Source: the human T2T-CHM13v2.0 reference genome, Homo sapiens
NCBI RefSeq assembly: GCF_009914755.1
Contig: NC_060932.1
Length of the DNA: 64,000 nt
Direction: 5' to 3' (one strand)
The notes under the pieces are model-generated. The model worked only from the letters and a program-made list of their open reading frames with translations, was not told the DNA's origin and did not search any database. The position numbers and the translations under genes were made by a program. Every line of letters begins with the position of its first letter. Positions within the stretch are counted from its first letter, which is position 1. Shown here piece after piece: positions 47,078-64,000 of the stretch.

Positions 47078-47090
47078 GAAAGAAGCGATA

Positions 47091-47504
47091 GTACCAAAGA
47101 CTTGCACAAGAATGTTCATAGAAGTATTATCTGCAGGAGCCCCAAACTGGAAACAACCTAAATGCTATTCAAATGGTGAATGAATAAATAAAATACAATA
47201 AAATATTTGAAAATAATAAGGAATAAAGTACTAATATATGCTACTACATGGATGAATCTCAAAAGCACTATGCTAAGTGAAAAAAGCCAGCCATAAAAGA
47301 TCACATATGGCATGACTCCATTTATATGAAATGTTCAAAATAGGCAAATCCATAAAGACAGAAAGTAGATTCGTGGTTGCCTAGGGCTGGTGTAGGGGTG
47401 GTGGGATAGGTACAGTTTCTTTCTTTCTTTCTGAGGTGTTCTAAACTTAGATCATTGTAATCTTGGAACAACTCTGAATATTCTACAAATCACTGAATCA
47501 TCCA
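47091..47504 (+). mobile_element. L1MB/ME-type 3'UTR; resumes 53758-53830
   Basis: ACATGGATGAATCTCAAAA...AAAGACAGAAAGTAGATT; continuation CACTTTAAATGGGT.AATTTTATGG after the L1/Alu insert. Confidence 0.8.
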
Positions 47505-47718
47505 TTTTTTTAAATTATGCTTTAAGTTTTAGGGTAAATGTGCACAACGTGCAGGTTTGTTACATATGTATACATGTGCCATGTTGGTGTGCTGCACCCA
47601 TTAACTCTTCATTTAACATTAGGTATATCTCCCAGTGCTATCCCTCCCCTCTTCCCCCACCCCACAACAGGCCCCAGTGTGTGATGTTCCCCTTTCTGTG
47701 TCCATGTGTTCTCATTGT

Positions 47719-51548
<3,830 letters not shown>

Positions 51549-51611
51549 GATGATGTTAGCTGGTTATTTTGCTCATTAGTTGATGCAGTTTCTTCCTAAC
51601 TTTGATGGTCC

Positions 51612-52629
51612 TTACAATTTGGCATGTTTTTGCAGTGGCTGGTACCGGTTGTTCCTTTGCATGTTCAGTGCTTCCTTCAGGAGCTCTTTTAGGGCAGGCC
51701 TGGTGGTGACAAAATCTCTCAGCGTTTGCTCATCTGTAAAGTATTTTATTTCTCCTTCACTTATGAAGCTTAGTTTGGCTTGATATGAAATTCTGAGTTG
51801 AAAATTCTTTTCTTTAAGAATGTTGAATATTGGCCCCCACTCTCTTCTGGCTTGTAGGGTTTCTGCCGAGAGATCTGCTGTTACTCTGATGGGCTTCCCT
51901 TTGTGGGTAACCCGACCTTTCTCTCTGGCTGCCCTTAACATTTATTCCTTCATTTCAACTTTGCTGAATCTGACAATTATGTGTCTTGGAGTTGCTCTTC
52001 TCGAGGAGTATCTTTGTGGTGTTCTCTGTATTTCCTGAATTTGAATATTGGCCTGCCTTGCTAGATTGGGGAAGTTCTCCTGGTTAATATCCTGCAGAGT
52101 GTTTTCCAACTTGGTTGCACTCTCCTCATCACTTTCAGGTACACCAATCAGACGTAGATTTGGTCTTTTCACATAGTCCCATATTTCTTGGAGGCTTTGT
52201 TTGTTTCTTTTTATTCTTTTTTTCTCTAAACTTCTCTTCTCACTTCATTTCATTCATTTGATCTTCCACCACTGATACCCTTTCTTCCAGTTGATCGAAT
52301 CGGCTACTGAGGCTTGTGCATTCGTCACGTAGTTCTCGTGCCATGGTTTTCAGCTCCATCAGGTCCTTTAAGGACTTCTCTGTATTGGTTATTCTAGTTA
52401 TCCATTCGTCTAATTTTTTTTCAAGGTTTTTAACTTCTTTGCCATGGGTTCGAACCTCCTCCTTTAGCTCAGAGTAGTTTGATCGTCTGAAGTCTTCTTC
52501 TCTCAACTCGTCAAAGTCATTCTCCATCCAGCTTTGTTCCATTGCTGGTGAGGAGCTGTGTTCCTTTGGAGGAGGAGAGGCGCTCTGATTTTTAGAGTTT
52601 CCAGTTTTTCTGCTCTGTTTTTTCCCCAT
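51612..52629 (-). pseudogene. L1 ORF1, disrupted
   Basis: Three ORF1p fragments separated by stops. Confidence 0.95.
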
Positions 52630-53648
52630 CTTTGTGGTTTTATCTACCTTTGGTGTTTGATAATGGTGACAAACAGATGGGGTTTTGGTGTGGATGTCCT
52701 TTCTGTTTGTTAGTTTTCCTTCTAACAGTCAGTACCCTCAGCTGCAGGTCTGTTGGAGTTTCCTGGAGGTCCACTCCAGACCCTGTTTGCCTGGGTATCC
52801 GCAGCAGAGGCTACAGAACAGTGGATATTGGTGAACAGCAAATGTTACTGCCTGATTGTTCCTTTGGAAGTTTTGTCTCAGAAGAGTACCCAGCTGTGTG
52901 AGGTGTCAGTCTGCCCCTACTGGGGGGTGCCTCCCAGTTAGGCTACTCGGGGGTCAGGGACCCACTTGAGGAGGCAGTCTGTCTTTTCTCAGATCTCCAG
53001 TTGCATGCTGGGAGAACCACTACTCTCTTCCAAGCTTTCAGACAGGGACATTTAAGTCTGCATAGGTTTCTGCTGCCTTTTATTTGGCTATGCCCTGCCC
53101 CCAGAGGTGGAGTCTATAGAGGCAGGCAGGCCTCCTTGAGCTGCGGTGGGCTTCACCCAGTTTGAGGTTCCTGGCCACTTTGTTTACCTACTCAAGCCTC
53201 GGCAACGGCACGGACCCCTCCCCTAGCCTCGCTGCCACCTTGCAGTTTGATCTCAGACTGCTGTGCTAGCAATGAGCGAGGCTCTGTGGGCATAGGACCC
53301 TCTGAGCCATGCGTGGGATATAATCTCCTGGTGTGCCATTTGCTAAGACCATTGGAAAAGTGCAGTATTAGGGTGGGAGTGACCTGGTTTTCCAGGTGCT
53401 GTCTGTCACCTCTTTCTTTGACTAGGAAAGGGAATTCCCTGACCCCTTGCACTTCCTGGGTGAGGCGATGCCTCACCCTGCTTCGGCTCATGCTTGATGT
53501 GCTCCACCCACTGTCCTGCACCCACTGTCTGACACTCCCCAGTGATATGAACCCGGTACCTCAGTTGGAAATGCAGAAATCACCCATCTTCTGTGTTGCT
53601 CACACTGGGAGCTGGAGACTGGAGCTGTTCCTATTTTGGCCATCTGCC

Positions 53649-53757
53649 TTTTTTTTTTTTTTTTTTAATTTGAGATGAAGTCTCAGTCTGTTGCCCAGGC
53701 TGGAGTGTAGTGGCACAATCTTGGCTCACTGCAACCTCTGCCTCCTGAGTTCAAGTG
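53649..53757 (-). mobile_element. Alu right-arm 3' fragment abutting the L1 5' end
   Basis: T-run, GAGATGAAGTCTCAGTCTGTTGCCCAGGC...GAGTTCAAGTG, then TGAATCATCCACTTT matching 47494-47508. Confidence 0.92.
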
Positions 53758-54054
53758 TGAATCATCCACTTTAAATGGGTTAATTTTATGGCATGGAAAT
53801 CATGTATCAACAAAGCAGTTTTAAAAACTAGATGGTCATGACGGTATGTTCAATGTAAGGGAGCATATAGAAGCCCTCTCTGCCCTCTGTTTTCAGTCTA
53901 GGCAGTTATTTGTGCCTGACTAACCAAATGACTTGGCCGAAAGAATAGCATGAGATGGTTTTGCATATACACTGACTATGAAAAAAAAGTTGGCTTACAT
54001 ATGTTTGTTCAACATGGTAAAAAAAGAAGGGAGGAATCTAGTGAAAATTAGAGA

Positions 54055-54165
54055 ACTCCTAGGGGATGGACGATATTGCAGCAAACCACCAAGGCACACA
54101 TTTTCCTATAACAAACCTGTACATGCTGCACATGTACCTCTGAACTTAAAAGTTGAAGAAAAAAA
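54055..54165 (+). mobile_element. Very short older L1P 3' end
   Basis: GCAGCAAACCACCA.GGCACAC...CTGCACATGTACC.CTGAACTTAAAA; TSD GAAAATTAGAGA at 54043-54054 and 54166-54177. Confidence 0.85.
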
Positions 54166-54682
54166 GAAAATTAGAGAGTAAGTCTTAAATATATTTGCTA
54201 TCCTAATAACAATAGTCTGTATATACTCAAATCTTTGCTTGTTCTCTCTTCCTTTCAAATAATACATTAAAAACCATAGTCTTCTAGTTAGTAAAGTGTA
54301 TTTGGGCTGAGTTTGCCTTCCCTCTACCTCTAAGCACCATGAAGATGGGGGCTGGGACTGTCTTATCTGTAGTCACATGGACAGGATCTGACAGTAGATA
54401 GACATCAGCCTCTTTGGTTCCGGAGGACTTTATGTTGCAGACAGGCATGCTAAGGCATGAGGAAAGTCCAGTTGATGGGGCTGGGGATACCCAGGTTCAG
54501 GAGGGCTAGGTACAGGCAGTAAGCTATGATGGATAGATGTCAGGGAAAATCAAGGTGTAGACCAGGAAATGGTCCCATTCCATCAGATCATAGCAGATCA
54601 ATGCTGGGTAGCAAGAGCCAGGAAAGAACAGTCTCCTGGCCAGCCTGCATTGGGTGCTGCTTGGTGTCATTTTACATTTGTG

Positions 54683-54985
54683 TGGGAGGCCAAGGTAGGA
54701 GGATTACTTGAGCCTAGGAGTTTGAGACCAGTCAGGGAAACAAAGTGAGACCCAGTCTTAAAAAAAAAAATAGCTGGGTGTGGTGATGCACTCCTGCAGT
54801 CCCAGCTACTCAGGAGGTTTAGGCTGGAGCATCACTTGAGCCTGGGAGGTAGAGGCTGCAATGAGCCATGATTGTGTCTCTGTACTCCAGCCTGTGTGAC
54901 AGAGCAAAACCTTGTCTTAAACAAACCAAAAGAAAACCGAAACCAAAACAAAACACAACAACAAAAAAAGAGAAAACAACATAAA
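54683..54985 (+). mobile_element. AluJ, 5'-truncated
   Basis: GGAGGATTACTTGAGCCTAGGAG; GAGGCTGCAATGAGCCATGATT; degenerate A-tail. Confidence 0.9.
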
Positions 54986-55079
54986 ACAGAATACACTTAT
55001 GGTTACTAACCAACAGCAGGTTCTCAATGCCCCCCACAAGCCTACTATACCTCCTCTTCTGGTCCTCCTTTCATTCCAC

Positions 55080-56325
55080 TGGGTGACTATTTCACAGCTT
55101 CTCCTGTCTCATTAGATTAATAACACCTCCTCCCCCTCACTCACACCCTCAGTGGATGGCCTCACATCCCAGGTCGCTGAGATGGAGAAGCAGTCAGAAG
55201 GGAAGGTCACCTCTACCAGCATCACTGCCTGTCTTTCTGCTACTGGGGATGGCCTTCTCCTTAATCCCTGCTGAGACATACACCTCTGTTGTGCATTATA
55301 TTCCATCTCCCTGTTAGGCACTGAAGGATGCAGCTCCAAGAGCTCCCTGCTCTTACCCACAGCATTAAATCTTCCCTTTTGACTGGTTCATTCCTATCAG
55401 CATACACGCATATTACACCTCAAACTGTGTCTGATTTTAAATATGGAAAAACAAACTAACAGAAAGAAAACTAGCAAAAAATTTATCTCCACGTGCTGAC
55501 TCCAATCCCTCTCCTTCTAGTTTTCTTTTGCCCCTATGCCCAGTGAAGATTTTATCCATACTGTTCCACCAAAAAAGGTCTTGAGGTTACAGATAAACTT
55601 CACATTGCTAAAGCCCATGCTTACTTCTCAGCACTCCTCTTACTTGATGTATGAGTACCATTTGACACAGCTCATCACTACCTCCTTTTGAAACACTTCT
55701 TTCCTTTGGCTTCCAGAACACTACTCTGTTGATGCACCTTTTCCTCATAAACTCCTTTGCTGGAGTTTGCTGATGGTTCCTCACTGTCTCTGTGGCTGCT
55801 ATCTTTGCAGTGCTTTGGGATCTGATCTTGCACCAATTCTCTTCTCTATTTACACTCACTTCTTGGAAGTTCTCATCCAGATTCTTCCAAGTTTTAAGCA
55901 CCATCAGTATATCAGTGCATCACGTTTATACCTTTAGCTTGAACCTTTAGTATAATGCCTTTAGTATACTTAAGAATCTTCAGTATACTGCCTACTTGAT
56001 ATTTCTATTTGGATGTCTAATATGCTTTTCAAGGTGATATTCACTATCACCTCCCACTCTCTTGACTGGTACTTCTGAGGTCCTCTCCATCTGAATAATT
56101 AGCAACTCCATTCTTCCAGATGTACTGGACAAAAATCTTAGTCTTCCTTGACAGTTTTATTGCTCTCATTCCCCACAGCCAATCCATATCCAATCCATAA
56201 CTAAGACATCTGCAAATGCTGTCACATCCACAGCAGCTATCTTGGTCTGAGTAATCCTCACTTCTTGCTTGGATTATTACAATGCCCTCCTAATTGGCGT
56301 ACCTGAATTTCTTTTTTTACAATCT
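55080..56325 (+). mobile_element. L2 segment; resumes about 58065-58600
   Basis: CATTTGACACAGCTCATCAC, CTGCCTACTTGATATTTCTATTTGGATGTCT; 3' tail TATCTGTTGAA near 58570. Confidence 0.75.
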
Positions 56326-56329
56326 AATA

Positions 56330-58050
56330 TAGTGCCTTTTTGTTTTAACTTGAAGGACTTCCTGTAACATTTCTTGAGGAGCAGGTCTATTGGTAATAAA
56401 CTTCCCGAGCTTTTATCTATCAAGGACTGTCTTAATTTTGCCCTCATTTTTAAAAGACAGTTTTGCCAGATATAGAAGTCTTGGCTGGCAGTTCTTTTCC
56501 CTTCAGCACTTTGAATATATCATACTGTGCCTTCTGGCCTCCAAGGTTTCTAATGAGAAACTGGTGAATAATCATATAGAGGATCCCTTGTATCTGATGA
56601 ATTGCTTCCCTTTTGATGCTTTAATGTATTTCAGTGCAGGTCTCTTGTAGTTCATCCTACGTGTAGTTCATCGAACTTTTGAATTTGTAGATTCATGTAT
56701 TTCATCCAACTTGGGAAAATTTTGGCCATTTTTTCTTCAAATATCTCTGCCCTTTTCTCTTTCTCTTCTCCTTCTGGAACTCCCATAATGTGTATGTTAT
56801 TCTAGTTGATGGTATCCCCAGGTCCTTCAAACTCTGTTTACCTTTCCTTAATAGTTTTTCTTTCTGGTCATCAAACTCAAAACTTTCAGTTGTCCTATTT
56901 TCAAGTTCTGCTGATTGTTTTTGCTGCTCAAATTTGTTTTTGAACTGCTCTTGTGAATTTTTCATGTCCATTTTGTACTTTTCTGCTCCAGAATTTCTTT
57001 TTGGTTCCTTTTCATATTTCCTATCTCTAATAATATTCTTATTTTGTTCATACATCTCATTTTGTTCCTGTTTTTGTCCATGTGTTCCTTTAGTGCTTTA
57101 AGCATCTTTAAGATAGTTGTTTTATAGTCTTTGTCTAGTAATTCTGCCATCTGGCTTCCTCAGGGACATTTTCTGTTATTTTGTTCCTTTTAATGGGATA
57201 TACTTTCCTCTTTTTTAATGTGTGTGCATTGTGACTTTTTCTTTGTTTAAAACTCTATTTGAATCATATAATTTGGTAACTCTGGAAATTTAATCCTCTC
57301 CCCTCCCCATGGTTTGTTGTTTTCTTTCCCTCCCTCCCTCCCTCCCTCTCTCCCTTCCTTCCTTCCTTCCTTCCTTCCTATTCCCCCCTGCCCCCCAACC
57401 TTTCTTTTTTATTTGTACGGTTTCTCTTTGCCAAGGATCAGCCTGCAGTAGAAGCTTATGGTATTCAGGTCTTTTCTGAGTCTATGTTTTTCCCTGAGCA
57501 TATGAGATGACTTTCTAAACTCCCCGGTATAATGCGGTTGCTTTTGAATATCTCATCTTTAAGTGCCTAGTTCCTAAAATGGGGTAGATGATTTAAAAAG
57601 AAGAAAAACGTCCCAGGTATTATATCTTTAAATCCCCTGGAAGCCACTTCTGCCACTGAGAGCTGCAACAATGCCTACCTCTGTATGCACCTCTGCAATC
57701 AGAAGCAGAAATCAGCAGCCAGAACACAGAAACTTAGTATTTGGAGGAGGGAGTTCTTATTTCTCACTCTGGATCCTGCAAGCTGCTGTAGGAATGCAGG
57801 CTGCTGTCCCCACAGCTGCCTGCCATGGGGCTGGGGGATGAGGAATGAGTAGTCACTATAGCACTAATGGCTGAAATAAATGGAAATTAATTACAATTTA
57901 CCAGCCAAGCCTTCCTCTGGAACCTGCAAGCATTCAGATATACTTCAGAGTTCCAAAATATTAACTTCAGACAGTTTCTGCTAGTACAATTTTTGTCCAA
58001 GTGGGGAGATGAGTTCCTGGCACTGCCTACTCTGCCATCTTCCATTGGAT
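56330..58050 (-). mobile_element. Old L1M 5' region with ORF1 remnant, nested in L2
   Basis: Minus ORFs MAELLDKDYKTTILKMLK and ...SLKDLG...WEFQKEKR resemble ORF1p; (CCCT/CCTT)n at about 57325-57380. Confidence 0.75.
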
Positions 58051-58914
58051 ATACCAGTATTTTTAACATCATTGTCAAAGTAATCCTTGGAAGTGTGAGA
58101 TCATTACTTCTCTTCTCAAAATCCTTCCTTGGTTTCTCATCTCACTTAAAGTTAAAGCCAAAGTATTTACCAACGGCTACAGACCCTGTATAATTTGGTG
58201 CCCTGCTTTCTAGCCACACTGGTCTTCTTATAATTTCTCAAATACTTCAAATACTTCCCACAAACCTTTGCACTTACTCTCTCTGCCAGGAACACACTTC
58301 TGTCAAATATCTGAACACCATTTCCCCTGACTACTTTTAGATTTCTTCTCACGTCACTTCTCAGTGAGGTTTTCCCTGACCTCTACCACTGCCACTCCTA
58401 CTTTACCTCACTTTTCTCCATAGCACTTTATAGGATCTAACATGCTGTAGATTTGCTTTTTTTATTCATAGTTTGTCTCTGCAGGATAATGTGACCCCAT
58501 GAAGGCAAGGATTTTTTTCTGTTGTGTTTGTTGCTATGTGTGTCTAATACACAGTGAGTATGCATTAATTATCTGTTGAACAAATAAACAAATGAGTAAA
58601 GAAGGAAGGGGAATGGGTTTTTACAGGGAATGGTTTTTTAAGGTAGAGGCCATTTAGGTTCAATATCCAATAATTTAACTTCATCAGAATGGACCATACA
58701 CAGAATTCTATGTGGCTTGGATGACAAAGGACGAAGGCCATATTCCATAAAAGGTATACAAAATTATTATGCTTCCTGATATAGTCTGATCTCTGTCCTG
58801 GGTTCCTTGGGCCTGCCTGGAAAGGTAAATTCTAGCAGTTACAATGAGACAGCATTCTTCAGGCATATATATCTCCACAACAATTCTGTACTAAGGCAGG
58901 CAGAGGATCATTCC

Positions 58915-59420
58915 TTTAATAGGTATTTATTAAGTGCCTGATATATATAAGGTATTGAGCTGTTTCTGGAAATTCAGAGATGATAAAGAAGTTACACTTC
59001 TGGTGCTTGATGCACCAGTTGTTTGTGCAGTATGAAATGTATAGAGAGTATATTTATACAGATAGATAAGGGGGCATATTGGAGGGTACTTACTTCATTC
59101 AGCGTGTTGATGTAGTGGGAAGGCAGGGGTTCAAGAAAGGTTTCTGAGATGAACTGAGTGTGGAAGGAAGGGACAGAAAATGTATGGCAATGAAAGGCAG
59201 GGTGTCTGGGTTATGAGGAGGCATTCCAAGTAAGATAAACAATATATGCAAAAATCTAGAGCCACATTTAAAAAACTTCAAATAATCAAAACTACAGAGT
59301 AAGACATATGGATCGAAATGAAATTGGAAAAGTAAGCTGAAGTCAGATCACAATTTTTGAGGCATGCTAGGGCATGAAGTCATTTACTAAATGCTGTGAG
59401 GATCATGGAAGTGTGTTAAA
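58915..59420 (-). mobile_element. L2 3' fragment
   Basis: TATTTATTAAGTGCCT start, GAGGCATTCCAAG motif. Confidence 0.55.
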
Positions 59421-59439
59421 AGAAGATAAACATGGCAAA

Positions 59440-59700
59440 AATAATAATGTCCATTTACTGAACACTTGTTATGACATTCAGACACTGTGTCAAACACATA
59501 ATGTATATTCTCTTACTTAACCCTCACCAATGAGCCTATAAAGCAGGTACTTTTCCACATTTTATGGCCAGGGAAGTAGACAGAGGAATTAAGTACATGG
59601 CTTGCAGATTCACATAGCAAAGTGGAAGAGGCAGGATTTGAACTGAGGTCTGACTGACTCAGTGGTATGCTGAGAATGTATGCTTAACACCACTCCTGTC
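59440..59700 (-). mobile_element. MIR
   Basis: CATTTACTGAACACTT...TTAACCCTCAC...GGCAGGATTTGAACTGAGGTCTGACTGACTC. Confidence 0.75.
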
Positions 59701-59859
59701 ATCTGGCCACTCTAACAGCAGTGACTAGACAGAACTTAACAGAGCTCAGATATGACATACAGGTAATCTCAGAGGCCATGGCAATTGAAGTCATTCTCAG
59801 GGAAGAAGCCTAATATGAACTCTGCCAATGAGGCTTTTGGCATTTCTTAGACTCACTTA

Positions 59860-60006
59860 TCAAAGGCGGGCCAGGGCCAGAAGCATCAGCATCAGCTTAT
59901 TAGAAATGTAGACTCTCAGACCCCACCCCAGGCCTACTGAGTCAACCACTGCAGCAAGATCCCAGGAAATTCATGTGCACCTTCAAGCTTGGGAAGCCAT
60001 GGTTTA
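59860..60006. mobile_element. MER5A-like hAT element
   Basis: AGCATCAGCATCA...TAGAAATGTAGACTCTCAGACCCCACCCCAGGCCTACTGAGTCA. Confidence 0.75.
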
Positions 60007-61650
60007 GATACACACTGATATGTGCCAGAGACAAGTGATACCAGGGAGAGGGTATGGTAGCTCGACTGGATAACAGGGATACCTAGTCTCTGTCCTTAAC
60101 TGGAGTTGTGGGAGTGGAACGTATACTACGGGAGATGCTCAGAAATGGAGAGCCCATTTTGTGCTGTCTTATATGTAAGAAATGTTATCTTTCCTAAAAG
60201 TGCTCCAAAAGAAACCTTTTTTGGTTCTTTTGATTCTTTTGATGCTGATGCTTCTGGCCCTGGCCCACCTTTGATAAGTGAGTCTAAGGAATGCCAAAAG
60301 CCTCACTGGCAGAAATACTTTCAGTGTCAAAACAGAACTGATCAATGTGAATTGTTTATCAGACATAGATTATAGAATTAAAGATAAAGTCAAGAGAAAT
60401 GCTGCATTAGTCCTTAGCTATTTAATGGCAGATCATATCTGATCCCAAACTTTTTGAATTTGTACTTCAATTTGGAGCTGGTAATGATACAATTCATGCC
60501 TATTGCTACCCTGTAAACACAAATTTCCTTACTGATTTAATAGCCATGTCTGTGTGTAGACAGTGATAATTATAAATGGAGGTTTGTATCAAAGCTGGAC
60601 ACTACTGTTTCTCTTATCTACACCTCACTCTTTCTCTTTCTCCCCATCCCTCCCTACTCCTCTCTCCATTTCTCTCTCATAGGTGGCCTGCAACAAAGTC
60701 AGTATTTATGAGGCAAAGTGTGCAGTTTCATGACCTTTTTCCTTTTGTGATTGGTGTGGAGACAACATTGTGGCGCACATGCTTGAACCTGGTCCTGTTT
60801 CCCCAGAGGACCCCTTACCTTGTTTTTGTTGTTCAGAGCTGAGGCAGGAAGCCCCGTAGGAAACCCGATTAGGTGAAGCATCTTCAAGTCCGATTAGACC
60901 ACAGGTAGTCATTAGAAGGATCAGGTGCCATCTGGGGACTTTATGTGTGACAAAGTCCTGAAACATGTTCAAACCCCAGTATGAGTAAGGGAAGCAGTGG
61001 AAGCGTGCTGGGTATGCAGAAGCATAAAATCATAGCATTTCATCGTGTGCTGCTTCTGCTGTTTGTCCTGCGTTATGCTGAGTCACCAAATTGTGTACGT
61101 TCACAGTCATTTCAGAATTACATCAATGAGGTAATAAGCAAGAGTGCCTAAATAAAACAAAAGGCCTAGATCTTTATTTTTAAATGATTACCAGGAGCAA
61201 GTACTGACTTAGAAACTTATCAGAATGAGAAAATGTCAAACAATTTCATTTTTAGCCTGCACAATAACAACTTTCTCCTGTTAACATAAATAAATGAGGG
61301 TTAAAAGTTGTCTGGGAGAGAAATGCTTGTGTACTGGTGAAGTACTTTTTCTGGAGGATAACACTAGGCAAGAAAGAAGATGCAAGGGAAACCTTCATGA
61401 GGAAGATTTCACAACTGCAGAGCATGCTAGGAACTGGTTTGCTTCTGGCTGTTGTCTCCTTAGGGTGAGCTCTGTCTGGTGATTAGCATCACCATGGATT
61501 AAATTAATTGGCTGTACTCAATCCCTTGCTGGACATACTGAGAATAAATCCAAAGACATTAGTTTCTTTGCACGAAATGAGGTTACATATCCAGTGACAT
61601 TTATTTGAGCTATTTAAACAACTTAAACATCTTTTTCTTTTCTTAATAAG

Positions 61651-61667
61651 GGACGTTTCAAGTTGTG
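61651..61667 (+). other. Candidate 17-nt microexon, or 3' end of a longer first exon
   Basis: CTTTTTCTTTTCTTAATAAG|GGACGTTTCAAGTTGTG|GTAAGT; consensus GTAAGT donor at 61668 in repeat-free sequence. Confidence 0.5.
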
Positions 61668-64000
61668 GTAAGTACAAAACTATTTGAAATCTTTCTTTGG
61701 AAAATATTCTGTTTTGCTAGTTGTATTTTGTTTTCCATGTTATACTTAGATTATATATCTGTGTTCTGTCTTTAACTGTTAGAAAAAGCATAAATGTTAT
61801 TAATAATTATCTTTTACCTAACTATGCCAGCAACCTTCACAATATGCTGATATTGAAATAGAATGGAACTTCAGTATCAGGAAATCAAGTGATTCTAGTT
61901 TATTCAAATGAGTAATGTTTACTTTGTTTCTGACAATAAAAGCATTATATACTTCTTATAGACATCTAGGCAATACACTAAAGAAGAAGACAGCTGCTTG
62001 TAATTCAACAATGCTGTGACTACCACAGTGAATAACTGGTGATTTTCCTTTTTGAATCTCCTCTCTCAACTCTGCCCCATAGGCTTATGAAAATCTGAAA
62101 TGAACTGATTTTTCTTGCAACATCAAGTCTCTGAATTGCTAAAAGAATGAACATTCTGTACATTCTGTATTTCTCAATTTTCCATTTTTTCTACTTCATT
62201 ATTTGTGACTTGTCTGAATTCACACTATGTGGTAGAAAATTAAACTTAAAATATAATTAGTGAAATGACGCATGTAACTCTGTCATGTTTTGTCAAGTGA
62301 GTGAGAGAGTGAAGACACAGCCCTCTTGGTAGAGGCCAACTATTTAGTTCTGAGCAGCACAGCTGTAAATGATTGTTTTAAGTGGGGTTTGATTGAAACT
62401 AATGATGCCACAGATAAGCCTAGCCACAGTTGAGCCTAAGGGTGTTAAAAAATCTGCTTAATATTAAAGAGCAATGAAAGTATGCATGATAGCTCCATTG
62501 TCTAACTTTAGGCAATAAAGAGTCTCTGCAGAGAAGAAGAGACGATATTGGTAGCAAGCTGTCATGTCATTAGAAGCGGATTTTAAGGCAAAAAGTTTTT
62601 GTAAACCAGCTTCCTTGCTACATATAAGGAAGTCACTGGTGAAGAAACTGGAGGGCCTCAAGATTCTACAGTTACCTCTTTCCACCTCCACCACTTCTTC
62701 AGCCTAAACTTCTGGGAGAATTCAACCATTTTATGCTGCTCAGTTTGTTCGTTCCCTAGGTAGCCCTTAAGTATATTACTGCCTTATTCCAAATTTAAAG
62801 GGCATAAGATACACCTTATTATCGAAAATGTATGTAAAGATACATTGCTAAATTTCCATGCAAATTCTGATTCGTTCTTAAAACTGATTAAGAATGGAGC
62901 ACAGCTAACATAGGAGAACTCAAAAACGTTATGGAGGGCTGGTAGCTCTGTTTCACAGAAGTGGGCACTGTATTGTCAAGACTTAATGACCACGTTGCTA
63001 GTCTTGCTCAGGTGCACCAGGTAAATGGTGTACCACCTCTGCCTTCTTCCTGGAGGGCATCTCTACCACTTTTTGCCTCTGGCATCTCAACTTTACACAG
63101 ACTCTCCTCTGGAAATTGCCCTCTCTTCTCACTCCTACCCCCAATCCCTGAGGCTGTATTAGACATCCCTCCTTAATATTCTCTTGGTACCCCAACTCTT
63201 CCTCTTCTTCAGTTGAGCTATTGAGTTACTCTGTGAACTTCCCATGGACTCTGTAGGAAATGCACATTATTAAGACAGGGCAAAAGCTGATTCACTTCCT
63301 TCAGAAATACTTGGTTTGCACCCTCTTTCCAAATGATGACATTGTGCAATCAATGAACACAAATGTTTTTATTCAACAATAATACCTAATCTTTATCATG
63401 TTCTGGGTTTTACACACAAGGCCCTCTTTATCATAGGCTCTTAAGACTCACCTACAAGGATGCAGAATCTCAACACTCTACCTAAAAGTTCCCCCAGTGA
63501 CTTCTAGGAGTTCCCAGAGATTCTCTCACACATATGAAGATCATGTGAACTTGTATTTTTGTTTTGTTTTCACTACAGCATCCCCAACAAGGTGCCTGGC
63601 AACCACGTGTTGGATGCACCTTCTCTGCAAATGCTCCTCCACTGCTGGGGACCTGGCATCTTCCCAGGTCATGGTACCTTCAGCACCTGCCCTTCATGCA
63701 CTGGGCTCAAAACCAATGCTCAGGGCTGGGTAGCAGTGGGATAGGGACAATGGCAGCTGCTTCTTTGCTCCTATTGTCTTTATCTTCTATGTTTTCCCTC
63801 CTGGCCCCAGCACAAAATCTTTCTCTTTAGCCAAAACCGACAAACAAAACTACCCACAAAATTCTTAGCATATTGGCTCACATAGATGTGTTCCCAAAGT
63901 GGTCACCAGGTTAACAGCTCTCCAAATAGTGAGATTCAGGCATTTAAAAAGTGACATTAAGAGCCTCATGATGCACCTACACCAAGAAAAATATCATTTT

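Noticed and set aside
61480-61667. Naming the host gene
   Set aside because: No coding exon is present and I do not reliably recognise the UTR-like sequence.

Overview
Primate (human-like) non-coding genomic DNA, roughly half or more interspersed repeats. I can support no intact protein-coding gene. All long ORFs come from two decayed full-length L1PA elements (26316-32469 and 47505-53648, both minus), from Alus, or from a perfect 7 x 69 bp tandem repeat (39316-39800). The rest is about 16 Alus, older L1M/L2/MIR fragments, MaLR LTRs (MLT1, THE1), a MER6 DNA transposon and microsatellites. Plus-strand splice-site pairs (4080-4300; 60.7-61.7 kb) and the antisense bias of the L1s suggest a long intron or 5' region of a plus-strand gene that I cannot name. 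The most notable signal is local copying between repeats at three scales. The two full-length L1s have different target sites yet share many non-consensus substitutions along their length. A 175-bp AluJ piece is copied 1.2 kb away without a tail or TSD. Two adjacent Alus of different subfamilies share an identical 63-bp tract. Repeat subfamily calls come from remembered consensus sequences, and old-repeat boundaries are approximate.
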